64,000 nt of DNA from assembly GCA_963745035.1 (NCBI GenBank), contig CAVUVW010000012.1:1-64000 (forward strand). The letters run 5' to 3'. The notes beneath the pieces are model-generated. The model ran no database searches. It had not been told where the DNA came from and saw only the letters and a program-made list of their open reading frames with translations. This document shows positions 1 through 10,547 of this stretch, one piece after another. The number at the start of each line of letters is the position of its first letter. Within the stretch, counting starts at the first letter, position 1. This DNA is from an uncultured delta proteobacterium (GTDB lineage: Bacteria; Desulfobacterota; Binatia; UBA9968). The position numbers and the translations under genes are program-made.

Positions 1-149
1 AAAAGCGTGTAGACAAACGGCGCGACGGCAGAGCCCGAAGTAAAGACGATCAGGCTTCCCAGCAATACTACACAGACGATAATCGGCAGGAGCCAGAATT
101 TTTTCCGCTCCCTCATGAACGACCAAAGCTCTAGTAGGAATTCACCCAT
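1..149 (-). CDS. DUF5989-family small membrane protein (runs off window edge)
   Basis: Manual translation from ATG at 149: MGEFLLELWSFMRERKKFWLLPIIVCVVLLGSLIVFTSGSAVAPFVYTL(F). The RKKFWLLP...APFxYTLF signature is typical of carbamoyltransferase/SxtJ neighbours. Confidence 0.85.
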   Translation of the reverse strand, partial: MGEFLLELWSFMRERKKFWLLPIIVCVVLLGSLIVFTSGSAVAPFVYTL

Positions 150-200
150 GAGGCACCTCGCTCAAAGATCAACAATATACCGATGATAAATCGACTTGCC

Positions 201-1694
201 TCAACCAGGAACCAACATACGTTTGATCGCCGTGCGCGCTTTCCGTTTTGTGGCGCCCACCCAACTGGCTGGCCCAATCAACCGTCGTATCCCAGGATAG
301 TCATTGTACGGCACGCTCATCAGCTCGGGCCACGTCGCAGAGATGATGTCACTGCCCAGAGCTTTGCCGCGCCGGTAGGAAGACGGCAGGTGAAGCATGG
401 TGTCGAAGATGTCGCGATGGCTGAAAGGAGTCAGGTTGACGGCGAACGGGGCGGCACCGTACAGGTGAGGCGCGGCCCAGCATCCCAGCCGGTGCTCGAG
501 ATATACGAAGTCGAGCAATGTCGAGAGCGGGAAATCCGGTAAGTCGCGAAGCCAGGCTCGAATAGCCTCCTGCAATCGATCCGATGCCGGTAGCTTCATC
601 CTATGAAGTAATTCCGCGGGAGACATTTTTTGCGTCTCGCTGTCCGTTGCCCTTGAGTAGAAAGCTCGTCCAACCTCTCCTGCGAAGCCGGTAAGCCAGG
701 CCCCGGACAGGTCTAAATGCTCGCGGCAAGCCGCGAAAAAATCCCGCGACTTACCCGCTCCGCCGGCAAACCCGATCCGATGCAGATATTGCAACTCGGT
801 GCCCGCCGGCAATTTCGCGGAGATGGGAATCAACGATTGATGTAGTCCAAAGCGCTTCGCGAGACGCTGAGATGCGTAAACGTCAACCCGGTCACTTCGC
901 TCTCTGCGCCAAGGACGATAATCAAAAGTGACATATTCAATCTTATCTCTCCAGGCTCTCGAGCAGGCAAGCAACATCCGCGAATCCTGTCCCGCGGTCA
1001 AGGGCATGTAGAGCCGATGCGTGTTTTCCAGAACGCTCAAGATGTGTCTTCGCAATACGCCGACTATTTTTTCAATGCAGTCGGGCAAATCTTTCTCGGA
1101 AATCTCCTTGAGCGTAGATTTGGGATAGTGACGAATAGCTCGCCAATTTACGAGATCAAGATAATGGTTCGGCAGGAGTCTGCTGATATCGGGGTCCAAC
1201 GTAGTCCCGGCCGGCCAATATTGATTGGGCTTATTGTCCGGGAACTCCCCTAAACGCGCTGACCAAAGAGGGTGATCGGGCTCGTCCAAGACAAGAACTG
1301 CAACGGTAGATCCGGCCATTTTCCTTTGTTCGGAAAAGACCGCGCTCAGAGTGCCCCCGGCGTCGAGGTAAAGACGTTTCAGATCCGCGGTCAAGATCAC
1401 AAAGGCATAGCGGCCGCCGAAGCTGTAAATAAACTTTTCCAGGCTTTCGGCAGCCTGTGCGCTCACAGGAAAGGAGAGTTGAACTGGCGTCTTGATCAGC
1501 CTCCCGGATTGATCGATGGCCCATCCCAACACATAACCAACTTCGTTTCCGTCTTTATCCAGGACGGTATTTACAGGTAGTGATGGATGAGCGCTAAGGT
1601 GGTAACCGCCGCAACAGTAACCGTCCCAGCCATCTTTGCGGGCGGATGCATCAGTTGACAGGATAAACTGATGATGGAAGGCAACATCGATCAT
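201..1694 (-). CDS. Asparagine-synthetase-like N-type ATP pyrophosphatase (no Ntn Cys)
   Basis: 497 aa ORF. PP-loop LTAGQDSR, LTGFAGEVGRAFY, DFVYLEHRLGCWA and TPFSHR motifs. Confidence 0.7.
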   Translation of the reverse strand: MIDVAFHHQFILSTDASARKDGWDGYCCGGYHLSAHPSLPVNTVLDKDGNEVGYVLGWAIDQSGRLIKTPVQLSFPVSAQAAESLEKFIYSFGGRYAFVILTADLKRLYLDAGGTLSAVFSEQRKMAGSTVAVLVLDEPDHPLWSARLGEFPDNKPNQYWPAGTTLDPDISRLLPNHYLDLVNWRAIRHYPKSTLKEISEKDLPDCIEKIVGVLRRHILSVLENTHRLYMPLTAGQDSRMLLACSRAWRDKIEYVTFDYRPWRRERSDRVDVYASQRLAKRFGLHQSLIPISAKLPAGTELQYLHRIGFAGGAGKSRDFFAACREHLDLSGAWLTGFAGEVGRAFYSRATDSETQKMSPAELLHRMKLPASDRLQEAIRAWLRDLPDFPLSTLLDFVYLEHRLGCWAAPHLYGAAPFAVNLTPFSHRDIFDTMLHLPSSYRRGKALGSDIISATWPELMSVPYNDYPGIRRLIGPASWVGATKRKARTAIKRMLVPG

Positions 1695-1810
1695 TGGAGT
1701 GCTCTATATCCGCGCTAAGCTGCGGATCGAAAGAAAGACGAGAAATCGGATAACTCGTTCGTAAATCGTGCTCTCAGTCGCTGCGCGCTTGTTCCGAGGT
1801 GATTCTTATT

Positions 1811-3385
1811 TCACCGTTCCGTTTTGACCCTCCTGCCAAGTAATCTTGCGTTTAGCTCTCGTGTATCCATTAATTCGTTACTGCGCTTATGATAGGCGCT
1901 GTAACGCTCTTTGGCTTTCTCAATCGCCCAAGGAAACGTGTGCCTAAAAAGGTTGAGGTTACGTTCCAGGTCCTCTAACCGGCGAGTCAACTGTTCGCCA
2001 CTCGACCGCAACGGCTTCGGTGCCATTCGGGCAGCTTTACGAACCACTCGCGACACAATCCTATACGGCCATTGGAACCGCTCCAGAAGCCGACATCCTG
2101 TGTATAATCGTTTTCCCTTCGAGTCCCGACGTAACCACGTGTAATATTCGTTGCAGGTTGCTGATGTCAGGCTATCGATGCGCGCGTCAAAAAGGACTGA
2201 CGCGGCGTTTTTCGAAACACCGAAGAGGTTTCCGGGGATCCCCGCCTCCTGCACAATCCGACGGGGAATCGGTTTGCTATAACCCGGAACGTCCCATGGC
2301 GCCATTTCGGGTGACTTGGTTATCCTATTGATCTCCGCGGCTTGCCGCGCTCCCATGTAGCCAATTGGAAAGTGAATAAACCCTGCCCACAAACGGTACT
2401 CGGTCAGGGATGTTCCCGACCGATCCTTACGAACAATTTCCGGGTCTACCGCGCCGGATTCCTTTTGCCACAGCGCACCTGCATAGTGGCCGGTTAAAAG
2501 AACGCACCCGAGGAGCTTATGCTCCGCGCCACCTAAATATACGTCCTCTCCTTTGGCATCGGCAGCGATAAAAGGTACCTCAGCCAGATGCCGCGACTGC
2601 CAAGCATCGCGCGATATCAGAGTCAGTTGTATACCAAACCGGTCGGCGATATGTCTTCCATCATCTGCCATTCCCTGCCGCGATTCTGTAAACGAAATCG
2701 CCTCGCGTAATCCATGCGATCGGGCCAACGCCGTAACGGCCGCCGAGTCATAGCCCGACGAGAGGTGCCAAGCAGCCGATAAGGATGCTCCCGGCCATTG
2801 GCCGAAACATTGGCGGTAACCCTACCAAGAGAGGTTGACAGAAAATCGCGATAGCTTGTGAATGTAGTGAAGTCGCGCGCCTTGTCTGGCTTTTTTACCT
2901 CAACTAACGCTGTGCCATCCCATTTCAGATTGTGGAAATACGTGAATTGAACCGAGCCGGCGGAAACATCCAGTCTGCGTTCATACTTACTGAGACCGTG
3001 AACGATCGACCCGAGATGTTCATAGTATCCGAGAGAGTGAGGATCGAGGGCAGTATTAGTTACTGCCAAGAGACATGCCAGGGAGTTTGAAATCCAAACC
3101 CCGCCGTCATGCGCCAGCGCTTGCAGACGATCCACCGTGGTCCCTGAGGAGACGAAAACAACGTGCCCGTCGCGCGCTCGCCCACCTGACCCAAATATGA
3201 GGTCTGTTAAGTCGAAGTCGCCCAGCTTCGTATTCGCCATCCCACACCGCCTCACAAAACCAGCTATCTCGAACTTCGACCCTGGCTCCGTGATAAACGG
3301 TGATTACGGGCTCAGATGCGATACAGTGGGCTAACCAGGCGAGCGGTGGCCACTCCGCAACCAGATGGTATTCAAAGCGCATCAT
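1811..3385 (-). CDS. N-type ATP pyrophosphatase/AsnB-like protein, frameshifted (3 ORF pieces); paralog of 16896-18498
   Basis: Pieces 3107-3385, 2623-3255 and 1811-2728 join to give PPLAWLA...EAVWDG...SSGYDSAAV...LLTGHYAG...RKDRSG..L.EYRL...KPIPRRI. Confidence 0.7.
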
Positions 3386-3452
3386 CCGTATCTCCCAGTT
3401 AATGAAAAAACCGTGTCCACAGCGACTCGACGTGTAAAGTTATCAGCCGCAC

Positions 3453-3848
3453 TTAATACTGTTTCGTTAGATGCGACGCTGGCCGCGGCGTACGGGTAAC
3501 ACGATAGCTGTCGAGGTCCGGTCTCAAACGCCGACCCATGGGATCTTTGCCCAACCACCGCCGGACTATGCCAGTCGGCGTCACGAGAACGTAGAAAATG
3601 AAACCCAGAATAATTCTCGTATTGATCCACCCCAGAACATGACCCAGCAACATCCAGCCTTTGTAAATCCACGTTAGGCTCCTGGGCAACACGGCAGCAG
3701 GTAGCAGAAGACATCCCGCCGCGCCCGCCGCCCACCAGCGTGGTTCGTCGCCGCGGATAATCAGCGGCCATAATGCGATCAACGCAAAGATGCCGCCCAC
3801 GGTAAAGCCGAAGGAACGCAGCTGCTGATTCGTCGTCTCCTCTTTCAT
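3453..3848 (-). CDS. SxtJ-family membrane protein
   Basis: LRSFGFTVGG...WM.LGHVLGWINTRIILG.IFY.LVTP.G...R..GKDPM signature. Directly downstream of the carbamoyltransferase. Confidence 0.85.
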   Translation of the reverse strand: MKEETTNQQLRSFGFTVGGIFALIALWPLIIRGDEPRWWAAGAAGCLLLPAAVLPRSLTWIYKGWMLLGHVLGWINTRIILGFIFYVLVTPTGIVRRWLGKDPMGRRLRPDLDSYRVTRTPRPASHLTKQY

Positions 3849-3890
3849 GGCTTTCCCTGAGTGGAATTTATCCGAGCGTCTCCCTCTCCC

Positions 3891-3951
3891 CCGTGTTCAT
3901 TCTACGTGCTCGTGTTCGTGCCCGTTCACGGTCACGGCTCCCGTACACGAC
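3891..3951. repeat. Hexamer-periodic (CGTGNT/NNCACG) imperfect inverted repeat, intergenic
   Basis: cgtgct-cgtgtt-cgtgcc followed by ttcacg-gtcacg...tacacg. Confidence 0.55.
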
Positions 3952-3963
3952 ACTGAGCTCGGG

Positions 3964-5814
3964 CTAGTCCAGCTCGAATTCCTTTTGCCAATCGCCGTCG
4001 CCTTCCAAAGGTTTCTGCTCCTCCTTGTAGAGAAGACAGTTTTCCAACACCAGGACATCGATGGCGGTGCGCATGAAGCAGCGATAGGCGTCTTCCGGCG
4101 AGCAAACGATGGGCTCGCTTCGAACGTTAAACGAAGTATTGACCAACAGCCCGCAGCCGGTCTTGGATTCGAAGGCTTTGAGTAACTTATAGTAGCGCGG
4201 ATTGGTGTCTTGGTGCACCGTCTGGATGCGCGCCGAGTAGTCCACGTGGGTAGCAGCCGGGATATCGGATTTGGGAACGTTCAGTAGATCGATGCCCCAG
4301 AGCGCCTGTTGCTCCTTGGTGGGAACGATGCGGCGCTTTTCCACCACCGGAGCCACCAGGAGCATATAGGGGCTGTCCGCATCCATCTCGAAGTAGTCGG
4401 CGACGCGTTCGCGGAGCACGGAGGGGGCGAAGGGACGGAACGATTCTCGGTATTTGATCTTGAGATTCATGACCGATTGCATCTTGGGACTGCGCGCGTC
4501 CCCGAGGATGCTCCGGGCGCCCAAAGCCCGCGGGCCGAACTCCATTCTGCCCTGGAACCAGCCGACGACCTTCTCTTCGGCCAGCTCTTGGGCCAGCCGG
4601 TCGAAAAGGATCTCGTCGGTCAGCTTTTCGTAGGGGGCTTGTTTTTGTCGCAGAAACTCTTCGATCTCTTCGTTGGTGTAGGAGGGACCTAAGTAACTTC
4701 CCTGCATGGTGTCTTTTGTTCTCTCGGCGATTCGCGGCTTGTCCTCAAGCCGGTGCCAGGCGGTAAGCGCGGCGCCCACGGCGCCTCCGGCATCGCCGGC
4801 CGAGGGCTGAATCCAGAGTTCCTTAAACGGCCCTTCACGCAGGATCCTTCCATTGGCCACACAATTTAAGGCCACGCCTCCGGCCAGGCAGAGATTCTCG
4901 GCGCCGGTCTCGCGGTGGAGGGTCCTCGCCAGGCGAAGCACGACCTCTTCGGTGACTTCCTGGATGGAGCGGGCAAGATCCATGTCGCGCTGGGTGAGCA
5001 ACGTCTCGGGCTTTCGCGGCGGGCCGCCGAACAGCTCGTCGAATTTACCGTTGGTCATGGTGAGCCCGGTGCAATAATTGAAATAGTCGATCTTGAGCCG
5101 AAAAGTGCCGTCGTCTTTTAAATCGATCAAATTATCGTAGATCGCTTTTACATAGACGGGCTTGCCGTACGGCGCGAGACCCATGACTTTGTATTCCCCG
5201 GAGTTGACTCGAAACCCCGTGTAGTAGGTAAAAGCCGAATAAAGCAGCCCCAGCGAGTGCGGGAAGTTGATTTCCCAGAGGGGCGTGAGAGCGTTGCCGT
5301 CGCCGAGCCAGGCCGAAGTGGTGGCCCATTCGCCGACCCCGTCCATGCAAAGTACCGCGGCGTTTTTAAACGGTGAAGGATAGAACGCCGAGGCGGCATG
5401 GGACTCGTGGTGCTCGCCGAATAGAATCGGCGGCAGGCCGTCCTTTTTTTTAACCCCGTCCGTGGAGATCAACTCGTTTTGCAAAACGCTCTTGAGCAGA
5501 AGCTTTTCTTTCATCCAGACCGGCATGGCGGCAAGAAAAGACTGGATGCCTTTGGGAGAAAAGGCAACGTAGGTTTCCAACAGCCGCTCGAATTTAATCA
5601 GCGGCTTGTCGTAGAAGATAAAATATTTGAGATCGGCCAGGGATATGCCGCCCTCGCTCAAGCAGTAGCGTACGGCGTTAGCCGGGAAGCGGGCGTCGAA
5701 CTTTTTCCGTGTGAAGCGCTCTTCTTGCGCGGCCGCGACAATTGCGCCGTCGCGCAGTAAGCAGGCGGCACTATCATGATAGAATGCCGAAACACCTAAA
5801 ATATAGGTTGGCAT
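3964..5814 (-). CDS. Carbamoyltransferase (NodU/CmcH/TobZ family)
   Basis: ILGVSAFYHDSAA, AAQEERFTRKK, HHESHAASAF, DGVGEW, GGVALNCVANG, GRMEFGPRALGARSIL, RESFRPFAP, NTSFNVRSEPIV. Confidence 0.95.
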   Translation of the reverse strand: MPTYILGVSAFYHDSAACLLRDGAIVAAAQEERFTRKKFDARFPANAVRYCLSEGGISLADLKYFIFYDKPLIKFERLLETYVAFSPKGIQSFLAAMPVWMKEKLLLKSVLQNELISTDGVKKKDGLPPILFGEHHESHAASAFYPSPFKNAAVLCMDGVGEWATTSAWLGDGNALTPLWEINFPHSLGLLYSAFTYYTGFRVNSGEYKVMGLAPYGKPVYVKAIYDNLIDLKDDGTFRLKIDYFNYCTGLTMTNGKFDELFGGPPRKPETLLTQRDMDLARSIQEVTEEVVLRLARTLHRETGAENLCLAGGVALNCVANGRILREGPFKELWIQPSAGDAGGAVGAALTAWHRLEDKPRIAERTKDTMQGSYLGPSYTNEEIEEFLRQKQAPYEKLTDEILFDRLAQELAEEKVVGWFQGRMEFGPRALGARSILGDARSPKMQSVMNLKIKYRESFRPFAPSVLRERVADYFEMDADSPYMLLVAPVVEKRRIVPTKEQQALWGIDLLNVPKSDIPAATHVDYSARIQTVHQDTNPRYYKLLKAFESKTGCGLLVNTSFNVRSEPIVCSPEDAYRCFMRTAIDVLVLENCLLYKEEQKPLEGDGDWQKEFELD

Positions 5815-5863
5815 GGATTCTTCTCCAAAACTAAAAGCAAAAACCTTATCAGTCGGCGAAGCC

Positions 5864-6616
5864 TTATCCTTTCCGGATCACACCCAGGTAGTGAGTACAA
5901 AGCGGTGAAAGCTTTCCCAGTAAATAACAAGCCAAGTGGGAATACGGCGCCAGCAAACGGGTCAACGGGGGGAGCAGCGTGATTCGCTCGAGCTCGATAC
6001 GGCATCCCGGAAACAACTGAGCTATCTCACGTCGTTTAACCCCGCGGACATCGCTGTTTCGCGGATTGTTCACGCGATAATCGTACCAAAGAATGAGACC
6101 CGTCCGCTTGACCACGCGCATCATCTCCCGTGCGATCTGTTGTCTTAACGATGAATCCAGGATTGAGGTAAAAACCGTCGATTGGAGGACCAGATCAAAA
6201 CTTTCATCGACAAATTCCAGTTTGGCTGCATTCCCGCGCTCGATTTTAATCTCCGGTGGACATAACTGCCGGCTCTCGACAACCCGATCCTCCAACAAGT
6301 CGATTCCCGCCACATTTTCGGGCCGCGCTCCCCATTTAATGAAGTCGCGAAGCCAGTGACCTTCACCGCAACCGATTTCGAGCAGCTTTTTCGATTTCAA
6401 GTCCTCATAGCCATGCTGCTGCAACAGCCCCAGGGTTCGCCTCTCCCGCTCCTGTATCATAAAAAGGTGGCCCGGATTGAAGCATGAATAGAGTCCGGAA
6501 TAGACGGCGGTGTCCTTTCGTTTTGAATAAACTTCCCGGATTCTGGCCTCTTCAGCGGCCGCCGCGTCCGGACTGTCGTAACCTGTGGAATGGTTTCTAC
6601 TCACGACCTTAACCAA
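5864..6616 (-). CDS. Class I SAM-dependent methyltransferase
   Basis: LLEIGCGEG motif I; FVDESFDLV. Confidence 0.85.
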   Translation of the reverse strand: MVKVVSRNHSTGYDSPDAAAAEEARIREVYSKRKDTAVYSGLYSCFNPGHLFMIQERERRTLGLLQQHGYEDLKSKKLLEIGCGEGHWLRDFIKWGARPENVAGIDLLEDRVVESRQLCPPEIKIERGNAAKLEFVDESFDLVLQSTVFTSILDSSLRQQIAREMMRVVKRTGLILWYDYRVNNPRNSDVRGVKRREIAQLFPGCRIELERITLLPPLTRLLAPYSHLACYLLGKLSPLCTHYLGVIRKG

Positions 6617-6681
6617 TTCGGCTCATTGTAACAGAACGCCTATAACACCACAAAAATGGATCAGCACTCATGCCTTGCAGA

Positions 6682-7842
6682 TCAGGATGCCTGGCGTGCC
6701 GACGCTTCAGGATCCAAAGCCGATGGTTTCGCGCCGTAAAATGCGCCGATCTGCTCGACGACGTAGCTTTGTTGCTCTTCCGTAAGCTCTGGGTAGATGG
6801 GGAGCGCCAAAGCATCCAGGGCAGCAGCTTCCGCGCGCGGAAAGTCCCCTTCTTTATACCCAAGGTATTCGAAACATTTTTGCAGGTGGAGCGGAATCGG
6901 ATAATAAATTTCGGTTTCAACGCCCTGCCGCCGCAAAAAAGCCTTTAACGCGTCCCGGTCCGGACAGCGAACGACAAATTGATTATAAATATGGCCCGGA
7001 GCGTCTTCCGGGAGCGTGATCTTTCCGAGCAGACCGCCTTGCGCAAACAGATTCCGATATCGCGCCGCATTGACCTTGCGCGCCTGAGTCCATAACGAAA
7101 GATATTTCAATTTGACTCGCAACACGGCCGCCTGGAGCGCGTCCAGCCGGAAGTTCCCCCCGATGACAGCATGGTGGTACTTGGGTTCTCCCCCATGAAC
7201 GCGCAGAATCGAAAGCTTCATGGCCATGTCTTTGTCATTCGTGACTACCATGCCGCCGTCGCCGAAAGCTCCGAGATTTTTGCTGGGAAAAAAAGAAAAG
7301 CATCCGGCGTGGCCGAAGGCTCCCGCCCGCGTCCCGCTCTCGTCATGAGCGCCGATCGCTTGCGCGGCGTCTTCGATGACCAGCAGATTTTTACTGCGGG
7401 CGATTTCCAAGAGACGCGGCATTTCCGCGCAGCGGCCAAATAGGTGCACCGGCAGAATCGCCTTGGTTCGCTCCGTGACTTTGGCCTCGATCTGCGCCGG
7501 GTCCAAATTGAAGCTGTTTTCCTGGATGTCGACGAAGACCGGTTTGGCGCCGAGCCTGGCGATAACGCCGGCCGTGGCAAAAAACGTGAAAGGGCTGGTG
7601 ATGACTTCGTCTCCCGGATCGATGCCGGCCGCCATCAATGCGATCAATAAGGCATCGGTTCCCGAAGATACTCCGACGGCATGGGCGACTCCGCAAAAGT
7701 CCGCAATCTCCTGTTCCAGGGCGCTGACTTCAGGCCCGAGGATGAATTTTTGTGAATCACAGACGCGATCGATGGCCTGCCGGGTTTCCCACCGAATCGG
7801 GGCGTACTGAGCTTGCAGGTCCAGAAGTGGCACTTTCATCAT
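6682..7842 (-). CDS. DegT/DnrJ/EryC1/StrS aminotransferase (WbpE/WlbC-like)
   Basis: [31 protein letters not shown] (PLP Lys), [12 protein letters not shown]. Confidence 0.92.
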   Translation of the reverse strand: MMKVPLLDLQAQYAPIRWETRQAIDRVCDSQKFILGPEVSALEQEIADFCGVAHAVGVSSGTDALLIALMAAGIDPGDEVITSPFTFFATAGVIARLGAKPVFVDIQENSFNLDPAQIEAKVTERTKAILPVHLFGRCAEMPRLLEIARSKNLLVIEDAAQAIGAHDESGTRAGAFGHAGCFSFFPSKNLGAFGDGGMVVTNDKDMAMKLSILRVHGGEPKYHHAVIGGNFRLDALQAAVLRVKLKYLSLWTQARKVNAARYRNLFAQGGLLGKITLPEDAPGHIYNQFVVRCPDRDALKAFLRRQGVETEIYYPIPLHLQKCFEYLGYKEGDFPRAEAAALDALALPIYPELTEEQQSYVVEQIGAFYGAKPSALDPEASARQAS

Positions 7843-9416
7843 GCTGCGCGAACCTCCTCGCCGACTTTACGGTATTGTTTTTGACAGGCCCGACAAACGA
7901 CTTGGCTTTGACTTCCATTGTGCTCGAGGCGATTGCCGCACGCGCACATCCATCCCGCGATCCGTGCCGGGTTACCCATAACGAGAGCGAAATCGGGAAC
8001 GTCTCGGGTGACGACGGCGCCGGCGCCGACAAAAGCATATCGGCCGATCGTCACGCCACATACGACGGTGCAATTGGCTCCCAAAGTCGCGCCGTGCCGG
8101 ACTAACGTAGGACGCAGCTCCTCCATCCGGCTTATCTCGCTTCGCGGATTGTAAACATTGGTAAACACCGCCGATGGGCCGCAGAATACGCCGTCCTCGA
8201 GCGTGACTCCTTCGTATACCGACACGTTATTTTGGATTTTCACTCCGTCGCCGACGGTGACATTCGGCCCGACCACGACGTTCTGACCGATCCGGCAGTC
8301 CCTTCCGATCCGGGAATTGCGCAAGATATGCGAGACATGCCAGATGGTCGTGCCTTCGCCAATCTCCACGTTCTCGTCGATGAACGCCGATTCATGCACG
8401 GAATAATTGGGACGCCGACCGACTTGCCCAGTCTTGGATCCCGGCATCTGAAGCGCGTCCTGACATTGCTGCAAGACCGTCAAGACTCGAAGACCCTCAT
8501 GGCCGTCGGTGCGCGGATTTTGGCGCGTTTGCATGCACTCTAGAAAATGCCCGCATTCAGCGCGCAGCGGCTCGCCAGAGTCGACCGGCACCGGGCGGGC
8601 TGTAGCCTTATTGGGAACAGGAATCGAGCCTTTCCACGAGATGACATGCGGATAAAGAGTCAATTTATTTTCCTGTTCCACGTCATCAAAGACCGCCATT
8701 TGACGCTCCCCGACTACAATGAGCTTTTGCTCTTTGTAGGGATGCAGCCAGGACACAAACACGTGCGCTTTGATGCCGCTGGGAAAGGACAGCAGGCTCA
8801 CCGTAACGTCGGCGATTTGATCATGAAGATAATTCCCGCCTTGTGCATCAACGCAAACCGGCATTTCTTCCACCAAGCCGAGAATGACGGAAATGTCGTG
8901 CGGAGCAAAAGACCAGAGGATATTCTCTTCCCTGCGGATTTTTCCCAAGTTCAGACGATTCGAATAAATGTAACGGATGCGGCCGAGTTCACCTGCTTCG
9001 ATGAGCTGTTTCAATTTCACAATCGCGGGGTGATACCAAAGCAGATGGCCAACCATCAGTATGCGTTTTTCTTCAGCCGCAAGCGCGATCAATTTCCTTC
9101 CTTCGGATACGGAAAGACAGAGCGGCTTTTCAACGAACACGTCCTTTCCGGCCAATAGCGCTTGACGCACCAAAGTCTCGTGCGTCTCGGCGGGCGTGGC
9201 AATCGCTACGCCCGTCACCTGCGTATCCCGCAATACCGCATCGACGCAGTCGCTAAACGCGACATCGGGATAGAGGGACCTGAACTTACTTATTCTGTCC
9301 GGATCCGAGTCACAGATCATGTGCAGGGCGCCCAGCTCGCTAAAGTTGCGAATAAGATTTTGGCCCCAATAACCGGCGCCGATGCACGCGATGCTTTTGC
9401 TGGTCGGACGATCCAT
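7839..9416 (-). CDS. Gfo/Idh/MocA dehydrogenase fused to hexapeptide N-acetyltransferase (WbpB-WbpD-like fusion)
   Basis: N-terminal GAGYWG and VFVEKP. C-terminal left-handed beta-helix with [36 protein letters not shown] and a terminal CxxC. Confidence 0.9.
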   Translation of the reverse strand: MDRPTSKSIACIGAGYWGQNLIRNFSELGALHMICDSDPDRISKFRSLYPDVAFSDCVDAVLRDTQVTGVAIATPAETHETLVRQALLAGKDVFVEKPLCLSVSEGRKLIALAAEEKRILMVGHLLWYHPAIVKLKQLIEAGELGRIRYIYSNRLNLGKIRREENILWSFAPHDISVILGLVEEMPVCVDAQGGNYLHDQIADVTVSLLSFPSGIKAHVFVSWLHPYKEQKLIVVGERQMAVFDDVEQENKLTLYPHVISWKGSIPVPNKATARPVPVDSGEPLRAECGHFLECMQTRQNPRTDGHEGLRVLTVLQQCQDALQMPGSKTGQVGRRPNYSVHESAFIDENVEIGEGTTIWHVSHILRNSRIGRDCRIGQNVVVGPNVTVGDGVKIQNNVSVYEGVTLEDGVFCGPSAVFTNVYNPRSEISRMEELRPTLVRHGATLGANCTVVCGVTIGRYAFVGAGAVVTRDVPDFALVMGNPARIAGWMCACGNRLEHNGSQSQVVCRACQKQYRKVGEEVRAA

Positions 9417-9439
9417 AAGCTACTTTCTTTCCGGCTCAA

Positions 9440-10502
9440 TCATCTCGTTGCGTTTTCGTAAGACTTCGCTGGCGAACGCGTCAAGCGCGTGAAATGAACC
9501 GACGGTTTCCGCCGAAGAACGATAAAATCGACAACGCCGCGGAGAAAGCCAAAGCCGTAGGCAAAATGGTAGCAGGCGAAAACAAGAGGAAGAATCGGCA
9601 ATAGCTTCCAACCGTGACGCGCCGCCGTCAGCAATGAAGCGCCAGCGTTGCAGATTGCATAGGTGCCCGTCAATAGTGTCCAGCCCCAAGCTGCGAGCCA
9701 CGACCATGGACTCGCTATCGCCAGGGCAAATAATGCAAGAACAAAAATACCTGGTGCCAGATGGCGCCACGAAGCCGGAATTTTGTGCTTCTGGATGACC
9801 CGGACTTTCCAGTAACCATACTGCATGTACTGCCGGCAGAGAGCATGCAGAGATGGGCGAGGTCGATACCAGCTCCGGATTCGCGGCGATTGCCAGATCT
9901 TTCCACCTGCTCGTGTCAGTCGGAGGTTAAATTCATCATCTTGGTTGCGCACAAGGTCTTCGTCGAAAAAACCGATACGGTCAAAAACTTCGCGCCGCCA
10001 GCAACCGTACGTCACGGTGTCTACGTAGCCTTCATATTCGACATCGTGGAATCGTGCTCCACCCACGGAAAAAGGAGAGTGATACGCGGCACAGATCGCC
10101 GCCTGCACGTAATTTGTTGCCTCCGTGCGTGCAGGACCACCCACGTTATCAGCGCCGGTCTGGTGCAGTACCGTCAAGCATGCGCAAATATAATCGCTCG
10201 CGTACTCAGTGTGCACATCCATGCGAAGGTACCACCTCGCCTCGCGCCGCGCGAATGGCTGCGTTTAAGCCAGTGGACACGATCCGGCCGGGATTATCGA
10301 TTACCCGCAACCGCCCATCCTCGCGCGCGAGCCGGGCAAGAATCTCCCGCGTGCCGTCGTCGGACATGCCGTCGGCGACGATGACTTCGAGCTTACCCGG
10401 CACGGCACGCTGCCCCAGCACGGAACGCACGCATGCCTCGATGTGGCCGCGCTCATTACGGCACGGAATCACCACGGATATGATCGGCAGGTCTTTTGAC
10501 AT
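9440..10502 (-). CDS. GT2 glycosyltransferase (ExoA-like), frameshifted near 10220
   Basis: SVVIPCRNE...DGMSDDGTR (10206-10514) plus MDVHTEY...RNQDDEFNLRL...QYMQYGYWK with C-terminal TM helices (9440-10222). Confidence 0.85.
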
Positions 10503-10547
10503 CCCGATAAACATTTATTGTGCGCGGAGACTGTCCAAAAAGCTGTT

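Noticed and set aside
1-5814. Saxitoxin gene cluster (sxtI/J/K-like)
   Set aside because: No sxtA, sxtG or other core genes are present, and the context is polysaccharide synthesis.
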